Shown here: in pieces, positions 1-7,746 of the stretch
How positions within the stretch are numbered: position 1 is the stretch's first letter
How the letters are laid out: every line of letters begins with the position of its first letter
UHGV virus genome: UHGV-1765841
Length of the DNA: 13,757 nt
Reading direction: 5' to 3' (one strand)
DNA from: a virus
Notes under the pieces: generated by a model
What the model was told of the DNA's origin: nothing
What the model saw: only the letters and a program-made list of their open reading frames with translations
The model's database searches: none
Translations under genes and position numbers: made by a program

Positions 1-25
1 CCATTTTCTATAACGGCATAGTTCA

Positions 26-1819
26 TCACGCATACTCCCAAATGATTGCAATACCAGCCATTCCGCTACCTCCGGCACGCTGCTGCGTCGCTCCACCGTA
101 AACACAGGCACCACCGCCTCCACCACCATGGCCATTGGCATTAATACCTTCGCCTACAATGGCTTGTGACCCGGCCCCCGCACCAAGGATTGAATCGCCG
201 CCAGGCCCACCAATCGCCAGACTGCCAGAAAACCGAACGCCTGGTGAGCTATAACCACTTCCAGACCCGATAATATTGGCACCTGTAAATCCCGGCTCAG
301 TATATGCTCCATACGGACCCACAACCCCAGGAGTAGTACCTTCAGCAAGAACATTCCCACCAAGACCACCTTTGGCAATTATGGTATTACCGAAAGAGGT
401 TGTTCCCCCGGGAGCACCAACCGACGCACTAACACCAATACCGCCATAACCGATAGTCACTGTCGTTACGGCTGGATTATCCACGCGAGCTTTAACATAC
501 TCCCCGGACATTCCCCCGCCACCACAAGCCGCATTATTGGGATAACCGACCTGACAACCACCACCGGCACCACCACCACCAACGATTTCAACAATAATAA
601 ATTTTGTGCCTTGCGTCGGAACGTATGTACCTGAACTTTTAAACACCTGACACTTTATCAGTCTTCCGGAGCCATCGCCCAAACCAAGGTAATCAAGAAC
701 CCCCTGTGTGCTTGTCTTGCCAATAATGGCGCGTCCAACACTTGTCAGTGCGGTTAGCGCAGCACGATCTGCCCCTGTAAAATAAGGGAGTTTATCTGCT
801 GATGTAGCAAGTCCTGCCAGCGCCGTCAGGGTGGCATCCTTCGGTTGCTTACCCGCAAGCGCGTTAGTCATGGTTGTAGCAAAATTCGGGTCGTTACCCA
901 GCGCCGCCGCCAGCTCGTTCAGCGTGTTCAGTGCTTCAGGTGACGAGTCTACAAGTGCGGTAATCGCGGCCATAACATAAGCCGTGCTTGCGATCTGAGT
1001 ATTATTAGTACCCTTTGGCGCTGTTGGCGTTGTTGGCGTTCCGGTCAGTGCCGGGCTGTTTAATGGCGCTTTTTTATTCACTTCATCCATTACCGTCTTA
1101 ACAGCTTTTGGCGTTGCTGCCAGCGTTTCAGACGTGCTGTTTGTGGCGCTACTGAGTCGAACAAGGCCTTTTCGTGCCGTAGTCGCATCCTGAGCGGTAT
1201 ATTTTCCGTTAGCCAGGTCATATGCAGCCTTAACCGCTTTCGGTGTTGCGGCCAGTGTTTCAGATGTGCTGTTGGTTGCACTGCTTAACTGAGTAAAACC
1301 TTTTGCGGTCAGCGAGGCGTCCGGGTGACGTCGTGACTTTTCGTGCTCAGAAATTTTGTCATCCACATATTTACGTGTTGCCAGTACCACAGCCGGGTCG
1401 ATTTTCAGCGTGATGGCTTCGGTGTTCGTGACAACCAGAATCATGCGGATAGTCTGGGTGCGGCCACTGCCTTCCTGTAACTGCGGTTTGTACGTTTCCG
1501 GACAGTTCGCTACCGCAATGAGTACGCCTTCATCATCATAAAGCCCAATCTCACGTATCCAGAATCCGCCCTCGTTCTCAGGGATGATTTGCTCCGCAAT
1601 AATCTGGCTCTGGTTGTTCGGATCAACGCTCAGAAGATTCAGCGGCGCGATGCGTTTCTGGTTAATCAGCTTTGTCTGTGCCGGGTCTGGTGTCGGTAAG
1701 ACACCATTCGCATCACCAACGGCCATTTGCGTCAGATTCAGCTTACTGCCGAGCATCGTCGCGTTAGCCAGCCGTGCTGCGCCCTGATTAGTCAGAATGG
1801 CGTAGTATTTCACTGTCAT
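26..1819 (-). CDS. H: Tail fibre protein, P2 gpH-like; conserved N-terminal tail-collar/shaft region (about residues 1-380) fused to a divergent glycine-rich C-terminal region
   Basis: 597-aa ORF with ATG at 1819 overlapping the gpI stop (ATGA). N-terminal part matches P2 gpH as I recall it, including the duplicated LSSATNSTSETLAATPKAVK motif. C-terminal ~215 aa is Gly-rich (GGGGAGGG, HGGGGGG runs) and unlike P2 gpH. Stop TGA at 26-28. Confidence 0.9.
   Translation of the reverse strand: MTVKYYAILTNQGAARLANATMLGSKLNLTQMAVGDANGVLPTPDPAQTKLINQKRIAPLNLLSVDPNNQSQIIAEQIIPENEGGFWIREIGLYDDEGVLIAVANCPETYKPQLQEGSGRTQTIRMILVVTNTEAITLKIDPAVVLATRKYVDDKISEHEKSRRHPDASLTAKGFTQLSSATNSTSETLAATPKAVKAAYDLANGKYTAQDATTARKGLVRLSSATNSTSETLAATPKAVKTVMDEVNKKAPLNSPALTGTPTTPTAPKGTNNTQIASTAYVMAAITALVDSSPEALNTLNELAAALGNDPNFATTMTNALAGKQPKDATLTALAGLATSADKLPYFTGADRAALTALTSVGRAIIGKTSTQGVLDYLGLGDGSGRLIKCQVFKSSGTYVPTQGTKFIIVEIVGGGGAGGGCQVGYPNNAACGGGGMSGEYVKARVDNPAVTTVTIGYGGIGVSASVGAPGGTTSFGNTIIAKGGLGGNVLAEGTTPGVVGPYGAYTEPGFTGANIIGSGSGYSSPGVRFSGSLAIGGPGGDSILGAGAGSQAIVGEGINANGHGGGGGGACVYGGATQQRAGGSGMAGIAIIWEYA
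1097..1288 (-). repeat. Imperfect direct repeat inside H encoding the duplicated 20-aa motif LSSATNSTSETLAATPKAVK
   Basis: Two about 60-nt copies (about 1097-1156 and 1229-1288), period 132 nt, roughly 85 percent identical at nucleotide level; both encode the identical 20-aa peptide (H residues 178-197 and 222-241). Confidence 0.8.
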
Positions 1820-2427
1820 GCGTTTACTCTCAGGTTATCAATTAAATGAATGGCCGAGGCCGGGAAATAATCCCCTCCGACAATAATGGCCTCCGGGGTG
1901 TAGGGATAAACCGTCAGGGCGTCACCGTGATAGCATCCCGCACCGGCAAAAATGTTGCCGGTTGTACTTAAACTGATAGCCAGTCCCGTAAGATGGCGGC
2001 TCGCCGGTTTTGCATCAGCAACGAGGCGCTCCAGCTCCTGATACATTTCTTCGGTAATACCCTGCTCAAGCACGCCAACAACGATACGGAACGTCCCCGG
2101 CTCCTCGTTGAGCTGCCACCACTCCCTCACCTCAATCAGATAGCCGAGCGGCTCCACCACACGCCGGATTGCACCTATAGTGCCTTTATGACAGTGAATG
2201 AAATACGCATCGCGGATAACAACGCGTTTTGTCGCTTCCGGCCACTTATCATCCCAGCGGTCAACCGAAAATGACCACGCCAGCCACGGCAGCAGATTTG
2301 CCGGGCAGGTGTCCGGGTTCCACAGCTCACGAATACTGACCGGCGTTTTTTCAATTTCCGCACAGGCTTTTGCGGCGGCAACTTCAAGCGGTGATGAGCC
2401 GGTCGGCAGCAGTCGCGAATCACTCAT
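1816..2427 (-). CDS. I: Baseplate assembly protein gpI (P2 I-like), with a C-terminal region longer than and different from P2 gpI
   Basis: 203-aa ORF, ATG at 2427 with GGAGG Shine-Dalgarno about 7 nt upstream. N-terminus MSDSRLLPTGSSPLEVAAAKACAEIEKTPVSIRELWNPDT matches P2 gpI. Overlaps the J stop by 8 nt. Position between J and H as in P2. Confidence 0.9.
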   Translation of the reverse strand: MSDSRLLPTGSSPLEVAAAKACAEIEKTPVSIRELWNPDTCPANLLPWLAWSFSVDRWDDKWPEATKRVVIRDAYFIHCHKGTIGAIRRVVEPLGYLIEVREWWQLNEEPGTFRIVVGVLEQGITEEMYQELERLVADAKPASRHLTGLAISLSTTGNIFAGAGCYHGDALTVYPYTPEAIIVGGDYFPASAIHLIDNLRVNA

Positions 2428-3328
2428 CCGAGCCTCCGGTCACAACGCTGTATTCGGTACAGAAAGACGCCTGCGTATTGTTGAGCACGATGTCGGCCAG
2501 TGGTGCAGCCAGTTCGACACGCTGCACGCCTTCCACATGCAAAGCGGCATAAATGGCAGACAGACGGATGTCGCGCCCCAGCCGGTGCTGTGCCGTGATG
2601 TACGCTTCCAGTTTTTTCACGGCAGCAGCGCGGATGGGTTCGCTTTCGGGACCAGGGTAAAGGTAAAGCGTGGCGTTTATCTGGTATTCAACGATGGCGG
2701 CAGACTGCACGGTCACGCGGTCGGCCACCGGCCTGACGTCCTCGCCATTAAGGGCGTTACGCACCGCCGCCAGCAGGTCTTCGGATGCCACACCGTTATT
2801 TTCGCGAGACAGCACGGAGATGGTGACGCAGGCCGGAGAAGGGCTGGTGACAGAGATATCTGCGACACGCCCGTCGGCACTGCGACCATGATACTGATAG
2901 GCACCCACCGACCCGGCGACGCTTAAACCTTCAAACGCCTGCTGAATACGCAGACGATAATCGGTGTCAGATTCCATCACTGCCGGTGTCGGCGGGATGG
3001 TCGAATCATCTGCCGGGGTGATAGTCAGGCGCGTGGTGTTGTAATTGGCACCAATCACATCAAGGTCATTACCGGCGGCACAGGCCAGCATCACCGCCCG
3101 TGCGGCCTCATTCACACGCTGACGCCAGATAAGCTCACGATAAGCATTTTCCTCCAGCAGTTTGACGAGAGGCTCAGATTCCAGCGTCAGGGTACGGGCG
3201 ACCGCCTCCTGCTGGTCTTCCGGGTAAAGGGAAATCAGTGTCGCCTTGCGTTCAGCGAGAATGGTTTCAAAGTCCAGCTCCTCGACCACATCCGGTGCGG
3301 GTAGCTGGTTCAGGTCGATAATCGGCAT
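2420..3328 (-). CDS. J: Baseplate assembly protein gpJ (baseplate wedge, gp6-like)
   Basis: 302-aa ORF, same length as P2 gpJ, ATG at 3328; recognised by sequence similarity to P2 J; gene order W-J-I. Confidence 0.93.
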   Translation of the reverse strand: MPIIDLNQLPAPDVVEELDFETILAERKATLISLYPEDQQEAVARTLTLESEPLVKLLEENAYRELIWRQRVNEAARAVMLACAAGNDLDVIGANYNTTRLTITPADDSTIPPTPAVMESDTDYRLRIQQAFEGLSVAGSVGAYQYHGRSADGRVADISVTSPSPACVTISVLSRENNGVASEDLLAAVRNALNGEDVRPVADRVTVQSAAIVEYQINATLYLYPGPESEPIRAAAVKKLEAYITAQHRLGRDIRLSAIYAALHVEGVQRVELAAPLADIVLNNTQASFCTEYSVVTGGSDE

Positions 3329-3332
3329 GGTT

Positions 3333-3680
3333 TCAACTCACAGGGATGGTTAATGAAAGTGGCTGGCCGGTGTCGTTGTGCTGGCCGGTTAACGTGACCG
3401 TCATTCGCCCGTCAAAACTGCGCTCAGTGGTGACGGATGACAGGGTGACGCGGGGTTCCCATTTCAGCACCGCCATGTAACAGGCGACCTTAATCTGCAA
3501 CTCAAGCGCCGGGGTCTGCGGCTGGTCAATCATTGACGCCAGCAATGAGCCGTAATCACGACGCATCACCCGAGAGCCGACTGGTGTGCGCAGGATATCG
3601 CCGATACTCTGGCTGATATGCTCAAGGTCAGTGACAGTCAGGCCATCACTGCGATTCATTCCGAGATAACGCGCTGTCAT
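3333..3680 (-). CDS. W: Baseplate assembly protein gpW (T4 gp25-like baseplate wedge subunit)
   Basis: 115-aa ORF identical in length and near-identical in sequence to P2 gpW; ATG at 3680 overlaps the V stop (ATGA); GGGAG Shine-Dalgarno upstream. Confidence 0.93.
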   Translation of the reverse strand: MTARYLGMNRSDGLTVTDLEHISQSIGDILRTPVGSRVMRRDYGSLLASMIDQPQTPALELQIKVACYMAVLKWEPRVTLSSVTTERSFDGRMTVTLTGQHNDTGQPLSLTIPVS

Positions 3681-4312
3681 AGAGGACTCCCGGTTGTGCC
3701 GCCGCTGTCGCCGGGGTGTTTATGGGTATGCAGTACCTTCCCGTTTGATGAGAGTTCACCGCCGGTATGTTTAATGTTGCCGCGCATCGTCCCGCCCTTC
3801 TGCACTTCCAGCGTGCCGGTAATCAGCCTGTTGGTGCAGACCACCTCTGGTGTGTCCAGGGTGACGCGGGTTGATGCTTTCACCATGACCACCGGCACCG
3901 TGGCGGTAACAGAATCAGAAGCCGTCACGCTGGCCGTTTTAATTCCGCTTACCGTGAGTGCACTGGTTTCGGGTTCATACTCAATCACCGCCCCGTCAGG
4001 GAAACGGATATGCAGGGCATCCGCCGACGCAGACGGCGCGGGGTTATCACCGGAATAAATCCCCGGCAGAACGAACGCCGTGTCGAGTTCACCGCCCACG
4101 GCCAGAATCAGAACCTGTTCCCCCACGGAAGGCGCCCACCATGTGCGCGAACGTCCGGCGCGATGGGTCAGCCACTGAAGCCAGTCGGTGCACATGCCGC
4201 CGGTCTGCACACGGCAGCGACCGGCGTTAAGGTCGGTTTCGACGACAAGGCCGGTGCGGATCATGTTGCGCAGTGCGCGCGCGAGTTCCTGAATATTTGC
4301 GAGAGTGTTCAT
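3677..4312 (-). CDS. V: Baseplate hub/spike protein gpV
   Basis: 211-aa ORF, same length and near-identical N-terminus (MNTLANIQELARALRNMIRTG) to P2 gpV; first gene of the V-W-J-I-H cluster, preceded by a 66-bp intergenic gap. Confidence 0.93.
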   Translation of the reverse strand: MNTLANIQELARALRNMIRTGLVVETDLNAGRCRVQTGGMCTDWLQWLTHRAGRSRTWWAPSVGEQVLILAVGGELDTAFVLPGIYSGDNPAPSASADALHIRFPDGAVIEYEPETSALTVSGIKTASVTASDSVTATVPVVMVKASTRVTLDTPEVVCTNRLITGTLEVQKGGTMRGNIKHTGGELSSNGKVLHTHKHPGDSGGTTGSPL

Positions 4313-4378
4313 AACGGGAAGGATGCCGCCGGGTCATACCGGCGGCAATGTGACGATGAGGTGTCGGGAATGGCACAA
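4313..4378 (-). promoter_or_regulatory. Putative late promoter region upstream of V (P_V-equivalent)
   Basis: 66-bp gap between S and V, where P2 has a late promoter for the V-W-J-I-H-G operon. On the - strand the gap contains TGTGCCATTCCCGACACC (plus-strand 4360-4377), a partial TGT...ACA dyad. Promoter elements not confidently assigned. Confidence 0.35.
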
Positions 4379-4831
4379 CTAACGATCGAGGTGAGTCAGG
4401 ATAATCTCTTCAATCATCTGCACATCCTCACCGGTAAAGCCGAGCAGAGGGCGCGCCGGATAATCAATTTTCTTACCGTCTTTCCGGGTTTCTTCCGACA
4501 GACCAAACTGATGCACACTGGCGATTTTCGGTGACTTCCCGCCGTAAAATTCCATTGATGCCTGTTCCGGGCTGGCGCGGATATGCAAAAAACGACTGGT
4601 GATAAGTTTCGCAAACATTTTTCGCTTAACACGACCAGTCTTTTTTCTGGCGCTCTGCTGCTGGCGTGGCGCGTAGGGTGTGCCGTCCGGGGCTTTCTGA
4701 GCCATCACCCGACGCTGCTGACTCTGCCGCAGACGTTTCGCCAGTTCGGCACTCAGTCGCCGACGCCCTGACGGTGACAGCGACTCAATCAGTCCGGTCA
4801 GCCGGTCTTCAAAACGCTTAAACTCATTCAT
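4379..4831 (-). CDS. S: Tail completion protein gpS (virion morphogenesis)
   Basis: 150-aa ORF matching P2 gpS in length and sequence; ATG at 4831; overlaps the R stop by 8 nt. Confidence 0.9.
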   Translation of the reverse strand: MNEFKRFEDRLTGLIESLSPSGRRRLSAELAKRLRQSQQRRVMAQKAPDGTPYAPRQQQSARKKTGRVKRKMFAKLITSRFLHIRASPEQASMEFYGGKSPKIASVHQFGLSEETRKDGKKIDYPARPLLGFTGEDVQMIEEIILTHLDR

Positions 4832-5291
4832 CCCACTTACTCACCAGTTCGCCATTGATATAAAGCTCCATCGGGCGGGTGACCGGCTCCGGCGGCGTGG
4901 GTTCCGGGATATTCTTCACATGCAGCGCGCCGTCCACCTCACTGACCAGCGTGCGCTCGGTCAGCATCAGGCTGATGCTGATATCAAAGCTGCTGTCATT
5001 GTTGATGTCTGCATAAAACGTGAAGCCCTTTTTCTGGCCTTCGTCGGTGGTCATGATGTCGGGCTGATTTTCCCGCAGCCAAGCCAGCACCGGCACAATG
5101 AGCAGGTCAAAATCACCGGTAAAGTCGGTCACAATCACATTGAGCGTGTAACGCTTTTCGAACGACAACGACGTCGCCAGCGTGGAGGCAATACTCCCGT
5201 TATCCACGAATATCCGCAGCATCTCGGGACTGGTTTTCAGCACCGTGACGGCATCAGTCAGCGCCCTGCGCAGGCTGTCGGGTTTGAGCAT
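4824..5291 (-). CDS. R: Tail completion protein gpR
   Basis: 155-aa ORF matching P2 gpR; ATG at 5291 with AGGACGA Shine-Dalgarno-like sequence upstream; its start lies within the 3' end of lysC. Confidence 0.9.
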   Translation of the reverse strand: MLKPDSLRRALTDAVTVLKTSPEMLRIFVDNGSIASTLATSLSFEKRYTLNVIVTDFTGDFDLLIVPVLAWLRENQPDIMTTDEGQKKGFTFYADINNDSSFDISISLMLTERTLVSEVDGALHVKNIPEPTPPEPVTRPMELYINGELVSKWDE

Positions 5292-5544
5292 TGTTTTCGT
5301 CCTGACAGTGTTTAATCATTTTTACCTGGCTGGCACAGCGTGCCAGCGCGTTCTCAAGCTGCCGGATACCGGCACTTAAATCGCCGTTCGTCTGCGGGTC
5401 ACTGCCCGGCATCGGGCAAAGGCTCACTTTCGGGCAGGCGTTGGCGACAATCACTGGCGTCAGTGCAGGCCGGACGCTGGTGCAACCGGCGCACAGCATC
5501 AGGCAGGTCAGCACCGTACCAGCGGCGAAAATCTTCGTTTTCAT
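5254..5544 (-). CDS. lysC: Outer-membrane lipoprotein spanin subunit (o-spanin, LysC/Rz1-like)
   Basis: Six-frame ORF 5254-5661 trimmed to the internal ATG at 5544 (GAGG 9 nt upstream), giving 96 aa (MKTKIFAAGTVLTCLMLCAGCTSV...) with signal peptide, lipobox-like LCAGC, and Pro-rich periplasmic part. Starts inside lysB in another frame and extends past its stop, the overlapped spanin architecture of P2. Confidence 0.75.
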   Translation of the reverse strand: MKTKIFAAGTVLTCLMLCAGCTSVRPALTPVIVANACPKVSLCPMPGSDPQTNGDLSAGIRQLENALARCASQVKMIKHCQDENNAQTRQPAQGAD

Positions 5545-5824
5545 TGAGTAACCTCGTGATGGTTTTCTCGCGCTGTGCTTCACGCTTCGCGGCGTTCTCC
5601 AGCTCCTGACGCAGTGCCACCTGCGCCAGCTCGTTTTTGTCTGCCCTGGTAAGGGCAACATGAAGCTGGTTTTTCAGCATGGTGATGGTCGTCTGCTGCC
5701 CGCTGGCGACGCTGTTCGCCCTGTCCAGTGAGGTGCGCAGGCTGGCGTTTTCATGCTTCGCCAGAAACAGACCGACCACCGCCAGTGATAACAACACAAC
5801 CAGCACAATCATCAGCTTTGACAT
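5399..5824 (-). CDS. lysB: Inner-membrane spanin subunit (i-spanin, LysB/Rz-like)
   Basis: 141-aa ORF with N-terminal transmembrane segment (MSKLMIVLVVLLSLAVVGLFLA) followed by a charged coiled-coil-like periplasmic domain; position after lysA as in P2. Confidence 0.85.
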   Translation of the reverse strand: MSKLMIVLVVLLSLAVVGLFLAKHENASLRTSLDRANSVASGQQTTITMLKNQLHVALTRADKNELAQVALRQELENAAKREAQREKTITRLLNENEDFRRWYGADLPDAVRRLHQRPACTDASDCRQRLPESEPLPDAGQ

Positions 5825-6237
5825 GGTTCCCGCCCCTCAAAACGCTGACGACAGGCCGTGCGTATCAACCGGAAGAACACCGACGCCACGAGGTAAATCA
5901 GCGCGGTAAAAATCCACCCGGCAGCGACCAGCGAGATAAACGTCGCCACCATCACCACCAGAGCCGCCGCCCGTCTGCGCCACGGCACCGGCTGCAAAAA
6001 CAGCGACGCGACAATCTTCACGGCCAGCGATTCCGGTGGCAGCTCCCGCCCGTAGCGTTCCAGCACATACTCAGTGGCATACACGCCGACACCACCGGCA
6101 ACCACACAGATAACCGTCGCCAGAATCGCCCAGGCGGCGACAAAATTGACGGCCACGCTCTGCGGGTAAATCAGGGACAGTGCCAGCATCAGCGCCAGCG
6201 ACACATTCAGCATCAGTGAAAGGGATAATTTCTTCAT
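5812..6237 (-). CDS. lysA: Lysis regulatory membrane protein LysA (multi-pass membrane protein, lysis timing)
   Basis: 141-aa strongly hydrophobic ORF with several predicted TM segments; same size and position as P2 lysA; ATG at 6237 with GGAG Shine-Dalgarno. Confidence 0.85.
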   Translation of the reverse strand: MKKLSLSLMLNVSLALMLALSLIYPQSVAVNFVAAWAILATVICVVAGGVGVYATEYVLERYGRELPPESLAVKIVASLFLQPVPWRRRAAALVVMVATFISLVAAGWIFTALIYLVASVFFRLIRTACRQRFEGREPCQS

Positions 6238-6251
6238 GGTGTTTACTCCGT

Positions 6252-6749
6252 TTAAGCTGGTACACCGCCGGCGGTACGCCAGACGGTGACCAGTTTTTCC
6301 AGTGAATGCTCACGCTGACCGTAACCGGCACCCGGCAGGGACGCCCAGATATTGCGACAGCGTGAAATGGCGCGCTCAATGCTTCCCGCCCGGATGTCAT
6401 CCAGTGCACCGCGTTCGCGGATCAACTGAATGGCGAGCCTGTCCTGTGACAACGGACTGAAATCCGGCAGGGCAAGCTGTTTGCGGTAGTGCGGCCAGAA
6501 CAGGTAAAGCTGCTGATAGCGACCGGAGGCCGTGGATTTTTCACCGCGACGGTTAAACACCTTCGCCGGTCGGCCATGTGCGAACGGGTGGTCACTGTAG
6601 TCGGTGAAGATTTCCGGCTTTCCGTCCAGTCCGGTGACTATCACGTCATAGCCCCGGTTTTTCGTCAGCGGATGATTCGCCGTCCCTTCGGACACGGCCA
6701 GCATGTCGAGAAAGGCAGCGATATTCTGATGCGTGTTAATTACCGGCAT
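6252..6749 (-). CDS. K: Endolysin gpK, lambda R-like lytic transglycosylase
   Basis: 165-aa ORF; N-terminal FLDMLAVSEGT motif with the catalytic Glu context of lambda R-type transglycosylases, and C-terminal IWASLPGAGYGQ motif; ATG at 6749 overlaps the Y stop (TAATG). Confidence 0.93.
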   Translation of the reverse strand: MPVINTHQNIAAFLDMLAVSEGTANHPLTKNRGYDVIVTGLDGKPEIFTDYSDHPFAHGRPAKVFNRRGEKSTASGRYQQLYLFWPHYRKQLALPDFSPLSQDRLAIQLIRERGALDDIRAGSIERAISRCRNIWASLPGAGYGQREHSLEKLVTVWRTAGGVPA

Positions 6750-7030
6750 TACGGTTTCCCCCTGCCCTTAAAGCGGCGCTGAATGGCAATCTCAATTACC
6801 TGATAACCGGCGATACCCAGCATGGAGCCGATGCCGCACACCGCAGGCAGTGACAGGTCAGGAAACTGCACCAGAACAACACCGGCAACCATCGAGACAA
6901 AACCACCGAGCAACATGCGCCCGATAAAAAGACGCGGGGTGATGGGTTCACCACCGGCAAGCACCTTGCCGACAACAATCAGCACCCCAATCATGAAAAG
7001 CGACAGGACGCTTTTTTCTTCTGCTGTCAT
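6749..7030 (-). CDS. Y: Holin gpY
   Basis: 93-aa ORF with hydrophobic TM segments and a charged C-terminus (RRFKGRGKP); immediately upstream of the endolysin; GGGAG Shine-Dalgarno upstream of ATG 7030. Confidence 0.9.
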   Translation of the reverse strand: MTAEEKSVLSLFMIGVLIVVGKVLAGGEPITPRLFIGRMLLGGFVSMVAGVVLVQFPDLSLPAVCGIGSMLGIAGYQVIEIAIQRRFKGRGKP

Positions 7031-7033
7031 GCG

Positions 7034-7237
7034 TTACTCCCACAGATTGACAGTTTCAGCCACGGGCGCGGTCTGAACGTCGGGCAGTTCGACGGCGGTG
7101 CCGTGTGGCAGCACCGCCCCCAGTTCAGCCAGTCCCGGATTTGCGGCGAGCACAGTCTCAACCACGCCTTCAGTGCGCCCGTAATACCGGACACAAATGG
7201 CGTCGAGCGTGTCGCCCTGTAGCGCAAAGGTCTTCAT
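7034..7237 (-). CDS. X: Tail protein gpX, LysM-like domain protein
   Basis: Six-frame ORF 7034-7306 trimmed to ATG at 7237, which overlaps the L stop (TGATG), giving 67 aa (MKTFALQGDTLDAICVRYYG...), the size of P2 gpX; LysM-like motif. Confidence 0.8.
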   Translation of the reverse strand: MKTFALQGDTLDAICVRYYGRTEGVVETVLAANPGLAELGAVLPHGTAVELPDVQTAPVAETVNLWE

Positions 7238-7746
7238 CAGATTTGACTCACGATGCAGCGCGGCTTGTCCTGGATGCGCGCCACTGCCCAGCGCATATCC
7301 CGCCACAGCTCATCAATGGTGCTGTCAATGCTGTCGGCCTTCTTGTCGCCTTTCGCACTGGCATCCACACCGCGATAACGTTCATAAAGTGACGCGGTCG
7401 CCATCGCACACACGGCGCGCTCGTAGTAAAAAACTTTGATGCTTTCACCGTCGATATCGTCTGCCGGGACGTCAGCCAGACGCGTAAAACCGGCGGCAAT
7501 TTTCTGTTCGCGGTACTCGTACAGCTCCGCATTCGTCTCCGCCATGCCTGACTTGATGGCCTCACGCAGACGGGCGGGGGCGACGGTCTGCTCAAGGCGC
7601 ATACGTTCCCGGACGCGCTTCGGGTCGATATCGGGAAAAAAGAACGTGTTTTTAATCACCGGCTCGTCGCCTGCCGGTTGCGGGATGACCACCGTACCCT
7701 CACCGGACACGGGAGCCTCCTTTCGCGGAATAATCAGCGTCATCAT
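7237..7746 (-). CDS. L: Head completion/stabilisation protein gpL
   Basis: Six-frame ORF begins at a GTG at 7806; trimmed to the tandem ATGs at 7746/7743 (GAGG 7 nt upstream), giving 169 aa (MMTLIIPRKEAPVSGEG...), matching P2 gpL. Confidence 0.88.
   Translation of the reverse strand: MMTLIIPRKEAPVSGEGTVVIPQPAGDEPVIKNTFFFPDIDPKRVRERMRLEQTVAPARLREAIKSGMAETNAELYEYREQKIAAGFTRLADVPADDIDGESIKVFYYERAVCAMATASLYERYRGVDASAKGDKKADSIDSTIDELWRDMRWAVARIQDKPRCIVSQI

Noticed and set aside
1-25. Possible start of the next gene (ATG at nt 4-2 on the - strand, 21 nt after the H stop), perhaps a G-type fibre assembly chaperone
   Set aside because: Only the start codon lies within the window; cannot be supported from this sequence.
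26-700. Possibility that the variable fibre C-terminus is a DGR target or part of an invertible (Gin/Cin-type) host-range segment
   Set aside because: No reverse transcriptase, template repeat, invertase gene or inverted crossover-site repeats are visible in the window; the region reads as a single continuous ORF.
2198-2926. 242-aa + strand ORF antisense to I and J
   Set aside because: Entirely antisense to two well-supported structural genes; translation is low-complexity (Arg/Ser/His/Gly-rich) with no recognisable motif and no Shine-Dalgarno. Typical of open antisense frames in GC-rich coding DNA.
4010-4534. 174-aa + strand ORF spanning the V 5' end and S 3' end, and other + strand ORFs across the lysis genes (for example 5728-6219, 5340-5609)
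   Set aside because: Antisense to conserved genes, Arg-rich low-complexity translations, no ribosome-binding sites.
5545-5661. N-terminal extension of lysC (MLPLPGQTKTSWRRWHCVRSW...)
   Set aside because: The extension is an Arg/Trp-rich translation of the lysB antisense-frame context with no signal peptide; the ATG at 5544 gives a canonical signal-peptide lipoprotein of 96 aa.
7238-7306. N-terminal extension of X (MAGYALGSGAHPGQAALHRESNL...)
   Set aside because: Would overlap the 3' end of L by about 70 nt in another frame; the internal ATG at 7237 forms a TGATG junction with the L stop and gives the 67-aa P2 gpX.
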